Shown: piece by piece, positions 1 to 15,827 of the stretch
Layout of the letters: each line of letters begins with the position of its first letter
Position numbering within the stretch: the first letter of the stretch is position 1
NCBI RefSeq assembly: GCF_009914755.1
Contig: NC_060935.1
DNA: 64,000 bases
Direction: 5' to 3' (one strand)
DNA from: the human T2T-CHM13v2.0 reference genome, Homo sapiens
Notes under the pieces: model-generated
The model's input: the letters and a program-made list of their open reading frames with translations, nothing else
Told to the model about the DNA's origin: nothing
Database searches by the model: none
Position numbers and translations under genes: made by a program

Positions 1-2828
<2,828 letters not shown>

Positions 2829-5800
2829 CCTGCCACTCAAAAGAAAAGTTCAACTCTGTGAGTTGAATGCACCATCAAAAAGTAGTTTCTGAGAATGCTT
2901 CTGTCTAGTGTTTATATGAAGATAATTTCTTTTCTACCATAGGCCTGAAAGCACTCAACAAATCCACTTGCAGATTCTACAAAAAGAGTATTTCAAAACT
3001 GCTCTATAAAAAGGAAGGTTCAACTCTGTGAGTTGAATGCACACATAACAAAGAAATTCCTGAGAATGCTTCTGTCTAGTTTTTATGTGAATATATTCCC
3101 GTTTCCAGCGAAGGCTACAAAGCAGTCCAAATATCCACTTGCAGATACTACAAAAAGAGTGTTTCAAAACTGCTCTATCAAAAGAAAGGTGCAACTCTGT
3201 GAGTTGAATGGACAAATAACAAAGAAGCTTCTGAGAATGCTTCTGTCTACTTTTTATGTGAAGATATTCGCGTAGGCCTCAAAGTGCTCCAAATACCCAC
3301 TTTCAGATTCTACAAAAAGAGTGTTTCAAAACTGCTCTACGAAAAAGGTATGCTCAACTCCGTGAGTTGAATGTACACATCACAAAGAAGTTCCTGAGAA
3401 GGCTTCTGTCTAGTTTTTATGTGAAGATATTCCCGTTTCAACCGAAGGCCTCAAAGTGCTCTAAATATCCAATTGCAGATTCTACAAAAGGAGTGTTTCA
3501 AAACTGCTCTGTGAAAAGGAAGGTTCAACTCTGTGAGTTGAATGCAAACATCACAAATAAGTTTCTGAGAATGCTTTTGTCTAGTTTTTAAGTGAAGATA
3601 TTCCCGTTTCCAACGAAGGCCTCAAAGCAGTCCAAATATCCACTTGCAGAATCTACAAAAAGAGTGTTTGAAAACCGCTCTATGAAAAGTTATGTTCAAC
3701 TATGTGAGTTGAATGCAATCATCACAAAGAACTTTCTGAGAATGCTTCCGTGTAGTTTCTGTGTGAAGATATTTCATTTTCTACCATAGGCATCAAAGTT
3801 CTCCAAATATCCACTTGCAGATTCTACAAAAAGAGTGTTTCAAAACTGCTCTGTCAAAAAGAAGGTTCGATTCTGTGAGTTGAATGCACACGTCACAAAG
3901 AAGTTCCTGAGAATGCTTCTGTCTAGTTTTCAAGTGAAGATTTTTCCATTTCCAACGAAGGCTTCAAAGCAGTCCAAATATCCACTTGCAGATTCTACAA
4001 AAAGAGGGTTTCAAAACTGATCTATCAAAAGGAAGTTTCAACTCTGTGAGTTGAATGTGCACATAACAAAGAAGTTCCTGAGAATGCTTCTGTCTAGTTT
4101 TTATGTGAATATATTACTGTTTCCAGCAGAGGCCTCAAAGTAGTCCAAATATCCAGTTCAGATTCTACAAAAAGAGTGTTTCAAAACTACTGTATGAAAA
4201 GGTATGTTCAACACTCTGAGCTAAATGCACACATCACGAAGAAGTTTCTGAGAATGCTTCTGTCTAATTTTTATGTGGAGATATTCCCATTTCCAAGGAA
4301 GGCCTCAAAGCAGTCCAAATATCCACTTGAATATTCCACAAAAAGAGTGTTTCAAAACAGCTCAATCAAAAGGAAGGTTCAATTCTATGAGTTGAATGAA
4401 CACACAATGAAGTAGTTCGTGAGAATGCTTCTGTCTAGTATTTATGTGAAGATATTCCCGTTTCCAATGAAGGCCTCAAAGCAGTCCAAATATCCACTTG
4501 CAGATTATACAAAAGGTGTGTTTGAAATCTGGTCTACAAAAAGGTATGTTCAACTCTGTGAGTTGAAGACAATCAGCACAAAGAAGTTTCGTAGAATAGT
4601 TCTGTCTAGTTTCTAGATGAAGATATTTACTTTTCCACCATAGGTCTCAAAGTGCTCCAAATATCCACTTGAAGTTTATTCAAAAAGACTGTTTCAAAAC
4701 TGCTCTATCAAAAAGAAGGTTCAACTCTGTTAGTTGAACGCACACATAACCAAGAAGTTACTGAGAATGCTTCTGTCTAGTTTTTATATGAAGATATTCC
4801 CGTTTCCGACCAAGGCCTCACAGCAGTCCAAATATCCACTTGCAGATTCTACAATAAGAGAGTTTCAAAACTGCTCTATTAAAAGGAAGCTTCAACTCTA
4901 CGAGTTGAATGCACACATAGCAAAGTCCTATCTGAGAATGTTTCTGTCTGTATTTTATGTGAAGATATTCCTGTTTCCAACGAAGTACTCAAAGCAGTCC
5001 AAATATCCACTTGCAGATTGTAGAAAAAGAGTGTTTCCAAACTGCTCTATCAAAAGGAAGGTTCAACTCTGTGAGTTGAATGTACACATAACAACAAAGT
5101 TCCTGAGAATGCTTTTGTCTGCTTTTTTTGTGAATATATTACCGTTTCCAGCGAAGGCCTCAAAGCAGTCCAAATATCCAGTTGCAAATTCTACAAAAGG
5201 AGTGTTTCAAAAGTGCTCTACGAAAAGGTGTGTTGAATTCTGTTAGTTGAAGTCAATCATCACAAAGAAGTTTCTGAGAACGCTTCTGTCTAGTTTTTTT
5301 GTGAAGATATTTCTTTTCTACCATAAGCCTCAAAGCGTTGCAAACATCAACTTGCAGATTCCACAAAAAAAGTGATTCAAAACGACTCTATGAAAAAGAA
5401 GGTTCAACTCTGTGAGTTGAATGCACACATCACAAAGAAGTTTCTGAGAATGCTTCTGTCTAGTTTTTATGTGAAGATATTCCCATTTCCAACGAAGGCC
5501 TCAAAGCAGTCCAAATATCCACTTGCAGGTTCCACAAAAAGAGTGTTTCAAAACAGCTCTATCAAAAGGAAGGTTCAACTCTGTGAGTTGAATGAACACA
5601 TAACGAAGTAGTTCGTGAGAATGCTTCTGTCTAGTATTTATGTGAAGATATTCCCGTTTCCAATGAAGGCCTCAAAGCAGTCCAAATATCCAATTGCAGA
5701 TTATAAATAAACTGTGTTTCAAATCTGCTCTACAAAAAGGTGTGTTCAACTCTGTGAGTTGAAGGCAATAAGCACAAAGAAGTTTCATAGAATAGTTGTG

Positions 5801-8800
5801 TCTAGTTTTTACGTGAGGATATTTCCTTTTCTACATAGGCCTCAAAGCGCTCCAAATATCCACTTGAAGATTATTCAAAAGGACTGTTTCTAAACTGCTG
5901 TATCAAAAAGAAGGATCTACTCTGCGATATGAATGTACACATAACCAAGAAGTTCCTGAGAATGCTTCTGTCTAGTTTCCATGTGAAGATATTCCCGTTT
6001 CCAATGAAGACCCCAAAGCAGTCCAAATATCCACTTGCAGATTCTACAAAAAGAGTGTTTCAAAACTGCTCTATCAAAAGGAGGGTTCAACTCTATGAGC
6101 TGAATTCACAAATAACAAAGAAGTTTCTGAGAATGCTTCTGTCTAGTTTTTATATGAAGATATTCCCGTTTCCAACCAAGGCCTCACAGCAGTCCAAATA
6201 TCCACTTGCAGATTCTACAATAAGAGAGTATCAAAACTGCTCTATCAAAAGGAAGGTTCAACTCTATGAGTTGAATGCACACATAGGAAGGTCGTTTCTG
6301 GGAATGTTTCTGTCTGTATTTTATGTGAAGGTATTCCTGTTTCCAATGAAGTCCTCAAAGCAATCCAAATATCCAGTTACAGATTCTACAAAAAGAGTGT
6401 TTCAAAACTGCTCTATGAAAAGGTATGTTGAACTCTGTGAGTTGTAGGCAATCATAACAAAGAAGTTTCTGAGAACGCTTCCGTCTAGTTTTTTTGTGAA
6501 GATATTTCTTTTCTACCATAGACCTCAAAGCATTCCAAAAATCTACTTGCAAATTCCACAAAAAAAGTGTTTCAAAACGACTCTATGAAAAAGAAGGTTC
6601 AACTCTGTGAGTTGAATGCACACATAACAAAGAAGTTCCTGAGAATTCTTCGGTCTAGTATTTATGTAAAGGAAGATATTCCCGTTTCCAACGAAGGCCT
6701 CAAAGCAGTATAAATATACTCTTGCAGATTCTACAAAAAGAGTGTTTCAAAACTGCTGTATCAAAATAAAGGTTCAACTCGGTGAGTTGAATGCACACAT
6801 AACAAAGAAGTTTCTGAGAATGTTCCTGCCTAGTTTTTATGTGAAGATATCCCCTTTTCAACCGTAGACTTCAAAGTACTCCAAATATCCACTTGCAGAT
6901 ACTACAAAAGGAGTGTTTCAAAACTGCTCTATCAAAAGGAAGGTTCAACTCTCTGAGTTGAATGCACACATCACAAAGAAGTTTCTGAGAATGCTTCTGT
7001 CTAGTTTTTACGTGAATATATTCCCGTTTCCAGTGAAGGCCTCAAAGCAGTCCAAATATCCACTTGCGGATTCTACAAAAAGAGTGTTTGAAAATCGCCC
7101 TTTGAAAAGGTATGTTCAACTCTGTGAGATGAAAGCAATCATCACAAAGAAGTTTCTGAGAATGCCTCTGTCTAGTTTTTTGAAAAGATATTTCATTTTC
7201 CACCATAGGCCTCAAAGTGCTCCTAATATCCACTTACAGATACTACAAAAAGAGTGTTTCAAAACTGCTCTATCAAAAACAAAGTTCAACTCTGTGAGTT
7301 GAATGCACACATAACAAAGAAGTTCCTAAAAATGCTTCTATCTAGTTTTCATTTGAAGATATTCCCTCTTCCAAAGAAGGCCTCAAAACATTCCAAATAC
7401 CCACTTGCAGATTCTACAAAAAGAATGTTTGAAAACTGCTGTATCAAAAGGAAGGTTGAACTATGTGAGTTGAAGGCAATCATCACAAGGAAGTTTCTGA
7501 GAATACTTCTGTCTAGTTTTCAGGTGAAGATATTTCCTTTTCTACCATAGGCCTCAAAGCACTCCAAATATCCACTTACAGATTGTACAAAAAGAGTGTT
7601 TCAAAACTGCTTTATCAAAAAGAAGTTTCAACTCTGTGATTTGAATGCACACATAACAAAGAAGTTCCTGAGAATGCTTCCGTCTATTATTTATGTGAAA
7701 AAAGTTATACTCGTTTCCAACAAAGGCCTCAATGCAGTCCCAATATCCACTTGCAGATTCTACAAAAAGAGTGTTTCAAAACTGCTCTATCAAAGGAAAT
7801 GTTCAACTCAGTGCGTTGAATGCACACTTAACAAAGAAGTTTCTGAGAATGCTTCTGTCTAGTTTTTATGAGAACGTATCGCCGTTTCAACCATAGGCCT
7901 CAAAGTGCTCCAAATATCCACTTGCAGATTCTACAAAAGGAGTGTTTCAAAACTGTTCTATGAAAAGTTCAACTCTGTGAGTTGAATGCAGACATCACAA
8001 AGTAGTTTCTGAGAATGCTTCTGTCTAGTGTTTATATGAAGATATTTCCTTTTCTACCTTAGGTCTCAAAGTGCTCCAAATATCCACTTGCAGATTCTTC
8101 AAAAAGTGTGTTTCAAAACTGCTTTATCAAAAAGAAGGTTCAACTCTGTGAGTTGAATGCACACATCCAAAGAAGTTCCTGAGAATGCTTCTGTCTAGTA
8201 TTTATGTGAATAAAGATATTCCTGTTTCCAACGAAGGAATCAAAGCATTCTAAATATCCACTTGCAGAATCTACAGAAAGAATGTTTCAAAACTGCTCTA
8301 TCAAAAGAAAGGTTCAACTCCGTGAGTTGAATGCACACATAACAAACAAGTTTCTGAGAATGCTTCTGTCTAGTTTTTATGTGAAGATATTCCCATTTCA
8401 ACCGTAGGCCTCATATTGCTTCAAATATCCACTAGCAGATTCTACAAAAGGAGTGTTTCAAAACTGCTCTATCAAAAGGAAGGTTCAAATCTGTGAGTAG
8501 AATGCACATATCACAAAAAAGTTTCTGAGAATGCTTCTGTCTAGTTTTTATGTGAAGATATTCCCGTTTTCAACGAAGGCCTCAAAGCAGCCCAAATATC
8601 CACTTGCAAATTCCACAAAAAGAGTGGTTGAAAACCGCTCTACAAAAAGGTATGTTCAACTCTGTGATTTGAAAGCAATCATCACAGAGAAGTTTCTGAG
8701 AATGCTTCCGTCTAGTTTTTATGTGAAGGTATTTCATTTTCTATCATAGGCCTCAAAGTGCTCCAAATTTCCACTTGCAGATTCTCAAAAGAGATTTTTT

Positions 8801-11800
8801 CCAAACTGCTCTATCAAAAGGAATGTTCAACTCTGTGGGTTAAATGCACACATAAGAAAGAAGTTCCTTAGAATGCTTCTGTCAAGTTTTCATGTTAAGA
8901 TATATTCCCATTACCAACGAAGGCCACAAACCAGTCCAAATTTCCACTTGCAGATTCTACAAAAAGAGTGTTTGAAAACCGCTCTGTGAAAAGAGACGTT
9001 CACCTCTGTGAGTTGAATACAATCATCACAAAGAAGTTTCAGAGAATGCTTCCGTCTAGTTTTTATATGAAGATATTCCATTTTCTACGATAGGCCTTAA
9101 AGTGATCCAAATATCCACTTGCAAATTATACAAAAAGGGTGTTTCAAAACTGCTCTCTCAAAAGGAAGGTTCAATCTGTGAGTTGAATGCACACATAACC
9201 AAGAAGTTCCTGAGAATGCTTCTGTCTAGTATTTACGTGAAGGAATACGTTCCCGTTTCCAACGAAGGCCTCAAAGCATTCCAAATACCCACTTGAAGAT
9301 TGTACAAAAAGAGCGTTTCAAAACTGCTCTATCAAAAGGAAGGTTCAACTCCGTGAATTGAATGCACACATCAGGAAGAAGTTCCTGAGAATGCTTCTGC
9401 CTAGCTTTTATGTGAAGATATTCCAGTTTCAACCGTAGGCCTCAAAGTGCTCCAAATATCCACTTACAGATTCTACAAAAGGAGTGTTTCAAGACTGCTC
9501 TATCAAAAGGAAAGTTCAACTCTGTGAGCTGAATTCACACATCACAAAGAAGTTTCTGAGAATGCTTCTGTCTAGTTTTTATGTGAGGATATTCCCATTT
9601 CCAAAGAAGGCCTCAAAGCAGTCCAAATATCCACTTGCAGATTATACAAAAAGATGTTTCAAAACTGCTCTATCAAAGAGAAGTTCAACTCTGTGAGTTG
9701 AATGCACACATAACAAAGGAGTTTCTAAGAATGATTCAGTGTAGTGTTTATATTAAGATATTTCCTTTTCTACCAAAGGCCTCAAAGTGCTCCAAATATC
9801 CACTTGCAGATTCTACAAAAAGAGTGTTTGAAAACGGATCTATCAAAAGGAAGGTTCAACTCTGTGAGTTGAAAGCACACATCCAAAGAATTTCCTGAGA
9901 ATGCTTCTGTCTACTATTTACATGAAGGAAGGTATTCCCGTTTCCAACAAATGCCTCAAAGCAGTACAAATATCTACTTGCAGATTCTACAAAAAGATTG
10001 TTTCAAAACCGCTCTATGAAAAGGTATTTTCAACCCTGTGAGTGGAATGCAATTATCACAAAGAAGTTTCTGAGAATCCTTTTAAGTAGTTTTTATGTGA
10101 AGATATTTCATTTTCTACCTGAGGCCTCAAAGCGCTCCAAATATTCACTTGCAGATTCTAGAAAAGGAGTGTTTCAGAACTGCTCTACCAAGGAAAAGTT
10201 CAACTCTGTGTGTTGAATGCACATATAACAAAGAAGTTTCTGAGAATCCTTCTGTGTAGTGTTTATATGAAGATATTTCCTTTTCTACCATAGGCCTCAA
10301 AGCGCTCCAAATTTAAATTTGCAGATTCTACAAAAAGAGTGTTTCAAAACTGCTCTATCAAAAAGAAGGTTCAAATCTGTGAGTTGAATGCACACATCCA
10401 AAGAAATTCCTGAGAATGCTTCTGTCTTGTTTTCTTGTGAAGATGTTCCTGTTTCCAACGAAGGCCTCAAGGCAGAGCAAATATCCACTTGCACATTCTA
10501 CAAAAAGAGTGTTTCACATCCCCTCTATCAAAAGGAAGGTTCAACTGTGTGATTTGAATGCACACATAACAAAGAAGTTCCGGAGAATGCTTCTGTCTAC
10601 TATTTATGTGAAGATATTCCTGTTTCTAACGAAGGCCTCCAAGCAGTCCACATATCCACTTGCAGATTCTAAAGAAATTGTGTTTCCAAACTGCTCTATC
10701 AAGAGGAAGGTTCAACTCTGTGAGTTGAAAGCACACATCACAAGGAAGTTTCAGACAATGCTTCTGTCTAGTTTTTATGTGAAGATATTCCCGTTTTAAC
10801 CGTAGGCCTCAAAGTGCTCCAAATATCCACTTGCAGATTCTACAAAAAGAGTGTTTCAAAACTGCTCTATCAAAAGAAAGGTTCAACTCCGTGAGTTGGA
10901 TGCACACATAACAAAGTAGTTCCTGAGAATTATTCTGTCTGGTTTTTACGTGAAGATATTCCCGTTACCAATGAAGTCCTCAAAGCAGTCCAAATATCCA
11001 CTTGCAGATTCTACCAGAAGAGTGTGTCAAAACAACTCTATTAAAAGAAAGGTTCAACTTCGTGAGTTGAATGCACAGATAACAAAGAAGTCTCTGAGAA
11101 TGCTCCTGTCTACTTTTTATGTGAAGATATTTCCTTTTCTACCATAGGCCTCAAAGCACGCCAAATATCCACTTGCAGATTCTACAAAAAGAGTGTTTCA
11201 AAACTGCTCTGTCAAAAGCAAGGTTCAACTCTGTGAGTTAAATGCCCACAGAACAATGTTTTTTCTGATAATGCTTCTGTCCAGATTTTATGTGAAGGTA
11301 TACCCATTTCCAATGAAGGCCTCAAAGTAGTCCAAATATCCATTTGCAGATTCTACAAAAAGAGTGTTTCAAAACTGCCCTATCAAAGGAAAGGTTCAAC
11401 TCCGTGAGTTGAATGCACATGTAACAAAGGAGTTCCTGAGAATGCTTTTGTCTAGTTTTTAGGTGAAGATATTTCCTTTTCTACTATACGCATCAGAGCG
11501 CTTCAAATATCCACTTGCAGATTCTACAAAAAGAGTGTTTCAAAACTGCTCTATCAAAAGGAAGCTTCAACTCTGTGGGTTGAATGCACACATAACCAAG
11601 TACTTTTTGAGAATGCTTCCATCTAGATTTTATGTAAAGATATTCCCGTATCCAATGAAGGCCTCAAAGCAGTCAAAATATCCAATTGCAGCCTCTACAA
11701 AAAGAGTGTTTCAAAACTGTTCTATCAATATGAAGGTTCAACTCTGTGACTTGAATGCACACATAACAAAGGAGTTCCTGAGATTGCTTCTGCCTAGCTT

Positions 11801-14800
11801 TTATGTGAAGATATTTCCGTTTCAACTGTAGGCCTCAAAGTGCTCCAAATTTCCACTTGCAGATTCTACAAAAAGAGTGTTTCAAAAGTGCTGTATCAAA
11901 AGGAAGGTTCAACTCTGTGAGTTGAATGCATACATCACAGAGAAGTTTCTGAGAATGCTTCTGTCTAGTTTTTATGTGAAGATGTTCCCGTTTCCAACAA
12001 AGGCCTCAAAGCAGTCCAAATATCCACTTGCAGATTCTACAAAAACTGTTTCAAAACCGCTCTATGAAAAGGTATGTTCAACTCTATGAGTTGAATGCAA
12101 TCATCACAAAGAAGTTTCTGAGAATACTTCTGTCCAGTTTTTATGTATAGATATTTCCTTTTCAACCATAGGCCTCAAAGTGCTCCAAATATCCACTTGC
12201 AGATTCTACAAAAAGAGTGTTTCAAACCTGCTCTATCAAAACTAAGGTTCAACTCTGTTAGTTGAATGGACACATAACAAAGTAGTTCCTGAGAAGGCTT
12301 CTGTCTAGTTTTTATGTGAAGATGTTCCCATTTCCAAGAAGGCCCCAAAGCAGTCCATATATCCACTTGCAGATTCTACAAAAAGAGTGTTTCATAACTG
12401 TTCTATCAAAAGGAAGGTTCAACTCTGCGAGTTCAATGCACACATCACAAAGAAATTTCTGAGAATGCTTCTGTCTACTTTTATGTGAAGATAATCCGGT
12501 TTCCAATGAAGGCCTCAAAGCATTCCAAGTATACACTTGCAGATTCTACAAAAAGAGCTTTTCAAAACTCCTCTATCAAAAGGAAGGTTCAACTCTGTGA
12601 GTTGAATGTACACATAACAAAGTAGATTCTGAGAATGCTTCTGTGTATATTTTATGTGGAGATATTCCTATTTTCAATGAAGACCACAAAGCAGTCAAAA
12701 TATCCACTTGCAGATTTTATGAAAAGAGTTTTTCAAAATTGCTCTATGAAAAGTAAGGTTCAACTCTGTGAGTTGAATGCACACATAACAAAGAAGTTCC
12801 TGAGAATGCTTCTGTCTAGTTTTTATGTGAATATATTCCTGTTTCCAGAGAAGGCCTCAAAACAGTCCAAATATCCAGTTGCAGATTCAACAAAAAGAGA
12901 GTCTCAAAGCTGCTCTATGAAAAATTATGTTCAACTCGGTGAGCTGAATGCCCACTTAACAAAGAAGTTTCTGAGAATGCTTCTGTCTAGTTTTTATTTG
13001 AAGATATTCCCGTTTCCAACGAAGGCCTCAAAGCAGTCCAAATATCCACTTGCAGATTCTACACAAAGAGTGTTTCAAAACTGCTCTATCAAAAGAAAGG
13101 TTCAACTCTGGGAGTTGAATGCACACATCACAAAGAAGTTTCTGAGAATGCTTCTGTCTAGTTTATATGTGAAGATATTCCCGTTTCAACCGTAGGCCTC
13201 AAATTGCTCCAAATATCCACCTGCAGATTCAACACAAAGAGTGTTAAAATTGCTCAATGAAAAGGAAGGTTCAAGTCTGTGAGTTGAATGCACACATAAC
13301 AAGGAAGTTCCTGAGAATGCGTCTGTCTAGTTTTCATGTGAAGATATTCCCGTTTTCAAGCGTAGGCCTCAAAGCAGTCCAAATATCCACTTGCAGATTC
13401 TACAAAAAGAGTGTTTCAAAACTGCTCTATCAGAAGGAAGTTTCAACTCTGTGAGTTGAATGCACACATAAAAAGGAAGTTTCCGAAAATACTTCTGTCT
13501 AGTTTTTATGTTAAGTTATCCCCGTTTCCAAGGAAAGCCTCAAAGTAGCCCAAATATCCACTTGCAGATTCTACAAAAAGATTGTTTCAAAACTCCTCAA
13601 TCAAAAAGAAGTTTCAACTCTGTGAGTTGAATGCACACATAAGAAAGAAGATCCTGAGAATGCTTCTGTCTAGTTTTTTTTTGTGAATATATTCCCCTTT
13701 CCTGGGAAGTCCTCAAAGCAGTCCAAATATCCAGTTGCAGATTCTACAAAAAGAGTGTTTCAAAACTGCTCTATCAAAAAGAAGGTTCAACTCTGTGATT
13801 TGAATGCACACATAACAAAGAAGTTCCTGAGAATGCTTCTGTCTAGTATTTATGTGAAGATATTCCCGTTTCCAATGAAGGCCTCAAAGTAGTCCACATA
13901 TCCACTTGCAGATTCTACAAAAAGAGTGTTTCAAAACTGCTCTATCAAAAGGAAGGTTCCACTCTGTGATTTGAATGCACACATCGCAAAGAAGTTTCTG
14001 AGAATGCTTCCGTCTAGTTTTTAAGTGAAGATATTCCGGTTTCAACTGTAGGCCTCAAAGTGCTCCAAATATCCAGTTGCAGATTCTACAAAAAAAGTGT
14101 TTCAAAACTGCTCTATCAGAAGGTACATTCAACTCTGTGAGTTCAATGCAATCATCAGAAAAAAGTTTCTGAGAATGCTTCTGTCTAGTTTTTATATGAA
14201 GATATTTCCTTTTCTACTGTAGTCCTCAAAGCGCTCCAAATATCCACTTGCGGATTCTACAAAAAGAGTGTTTCAAAACTGCTCTATCAAAAGGAAGGTT
14301 CAACTTTGTGATTCGAATGCACAGATAACAAAGAAGTTTTTGAGAATGCTTCTGTCTAGTTTTTATGTGAAGACATTCCCGTTTCCAACAAAGGCCTCAT
14401 AGCAGTCCAAATACCCACTTGCAGATTCTACAAAAAGAGTGTTTCAAAACTGCTCTATCAAAAGTTAGGTTCAACTCTGTGGGTTGAATGCACACATAAC
14501 AAAGTAGTTTCTGAGAATGCTTCTGTCTAGATTTCATGTGAAGATATTCCCGTTTCCAATGAAGACCTCAAAGCAGTCCAAGTATCCACTTGCAGATTCT
14601 ACAAAAAGAGTGTTTCAAAACTGCTCTATCAAAAAGAAGGTTCAACTCTGTGATTCGAATGCGCACATAACATAGAAGTTACTGAGAATGCTTCTGTCCA
14701 GTATTTATGTGAAGATATTCCCATTTCCAATGAAGGCCTCAAAGTAGTCCAAATATTCACTTGCAGATTCTACAAAAAGAATGTTTCAAAACTGCTCTAT

Positions 14801-14927
14801 CAAAAGAAAGGTTCAACTCTGGGAGTTGAATGCACACATAACAAAGAAGTTTCTGAGAATGCTTCTGTCTAGTTTTTATGTGAAGATATTTCCGTTTCTA
14901 CCGTAGGGCTCAAAGTGCTGCAAATAT
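2829..14927 (-). repeat. Alpha satellite, ~70 divergent 171-bp monomers with irregular A/B-type alternation (SF5/R1R2-like)
   Basis: ~171-bp periodicity of TTCAACTCTGTGAGTTGAATGCACACATCACAAAGAAGTTTCTGAGAATGCTTCTGTCTAG, the reverse complement of the usual consensus. B monomers carry TCCCGTTTCCAACGAAG-like boxes, A monomers TTCCTTTTCTACCATAG. No homogeneous HOR. The SF5 label is an inference. Confidence 0.97.
3602..3618 (-). promoter_or_regulatory. Intact CENP-B box (further perfect copies at 6680-6696, 9251-9267, 13008-13024)
   Basis: TCCCGTTTCCAACGAAG is the reverse complement of CTTCGTTGGAAACGGGA, matching YTTCGTTGGAARCGGGA. Confidence 0.9.
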
Positions 14928-15505
14928 GAGAGTCAATGATGAGATTAGCTGTGGAAATGGCAAACCGTTTTTTGGAGGACAGTAGTAATGCTGTGAACTT
15001 ATGAAAACAACCAAGTATTCAGTGGCAACTAAAATGTTTCTCCATAAGATTATTTTACAGATGCGTATCTGAAATCTGAAATTTGAGAGAACATTCTACT
15101 AGTTTTCTCTAGTGATAAAATACAGCTGGAAGAAAGAAGGGAGGGAAGATGAATTAGAGAGAAATAGAATGCATTTGAGAGAAAATCCTATTTAGACTAA
15201 AATAGAATACTGCAGATATCATGACAAAGTGGTTTAAGTGTGTCTTATGGAGCAGAAATGGCAGAAAATACCACGGTAAAGAGATTTACGATTGGATTGT
15301 TAGTTCTGGCTTTTATTCTGTCAACGTTGTGGCTTCTAAAGACATCAGTAATCTCCTTTGATCCATGTGCTAATTAACAACCAACACTCTGCCCCCTCTC
15401 CCAGACTCTCTGATCGTTTTAAACCTAATCTAATTCTAATCCAGCTGGTCACTGTAACACATGTAATCACCTAAGAATTTCAAAAATATTTTTGATGAAT
15501 AAATG

Positions 15506-15664
15506 AAAAATTAGCTAGGTGCAATGGCATAAACCTATAGTCTTTTTTATTTTGAAAGTTGAAGTGGGAGGATTACTTGAATCCTGGATTTCAAGGCTGC
15601 GGTGAGCTAAGATTCTGCCACTGCACTCCAGATGGAGAAACTTTCTTTGGTATAAATAAATAAA
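15506..15664 (+). mobile_element. Degenerate Alu monomer (FRAM/AluJ right-arm-like); mirrored at ~57300-57460
   Basis: AAAAATTAGCTAGGTG...GTGGGAGGATTACTTGAATCCTGG...GCTGCGGTGAGCTAAGATT..GCCACTGCACTCCAG followed by an A-rich tail. Confidence 0.7.
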
Positions 15665-15816
15665 TGTGCACTTAGAGGAATGCTTGCACCTTGGGAAGAA
15701 ACTCAAGAAACAGTATTAATCAATTTTAGTTAATTTCTAGCATATGTTTACTCTGATAAGATTGATGATAGATATGCCTCATTCAGGCAGTGGTTTTTAC
15801 AATGATAGTGTGATGC

Positions 15817-15827
15817 TAATTTAATCA
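15817..15827 (+). promoter_or_regulatory. DUX4 consensus site in the promoter of the + strand TRIM51 copy
   Basis: TAATTTAATCA fits TAAYYYAATCA. It precedes a GGGTGTGG (KLF-type) box at ~15917 and a TATA-like CATAAAA at ~15938; the exon 1 donor GG|GTGAGT is at 16120/16121. TRIM43/48/49/51 genes are established DUX4 targets. Confidence 0.7.

Noticed and set aside
2955-13892. Dozens of similar ORFs (KKFLRMLLSSFYVKIFPF...)
   Set aside because: They are translations of alpha satellite; 171 bp is divisible by 3, so frames stay open. Not a repeat-protein gene.
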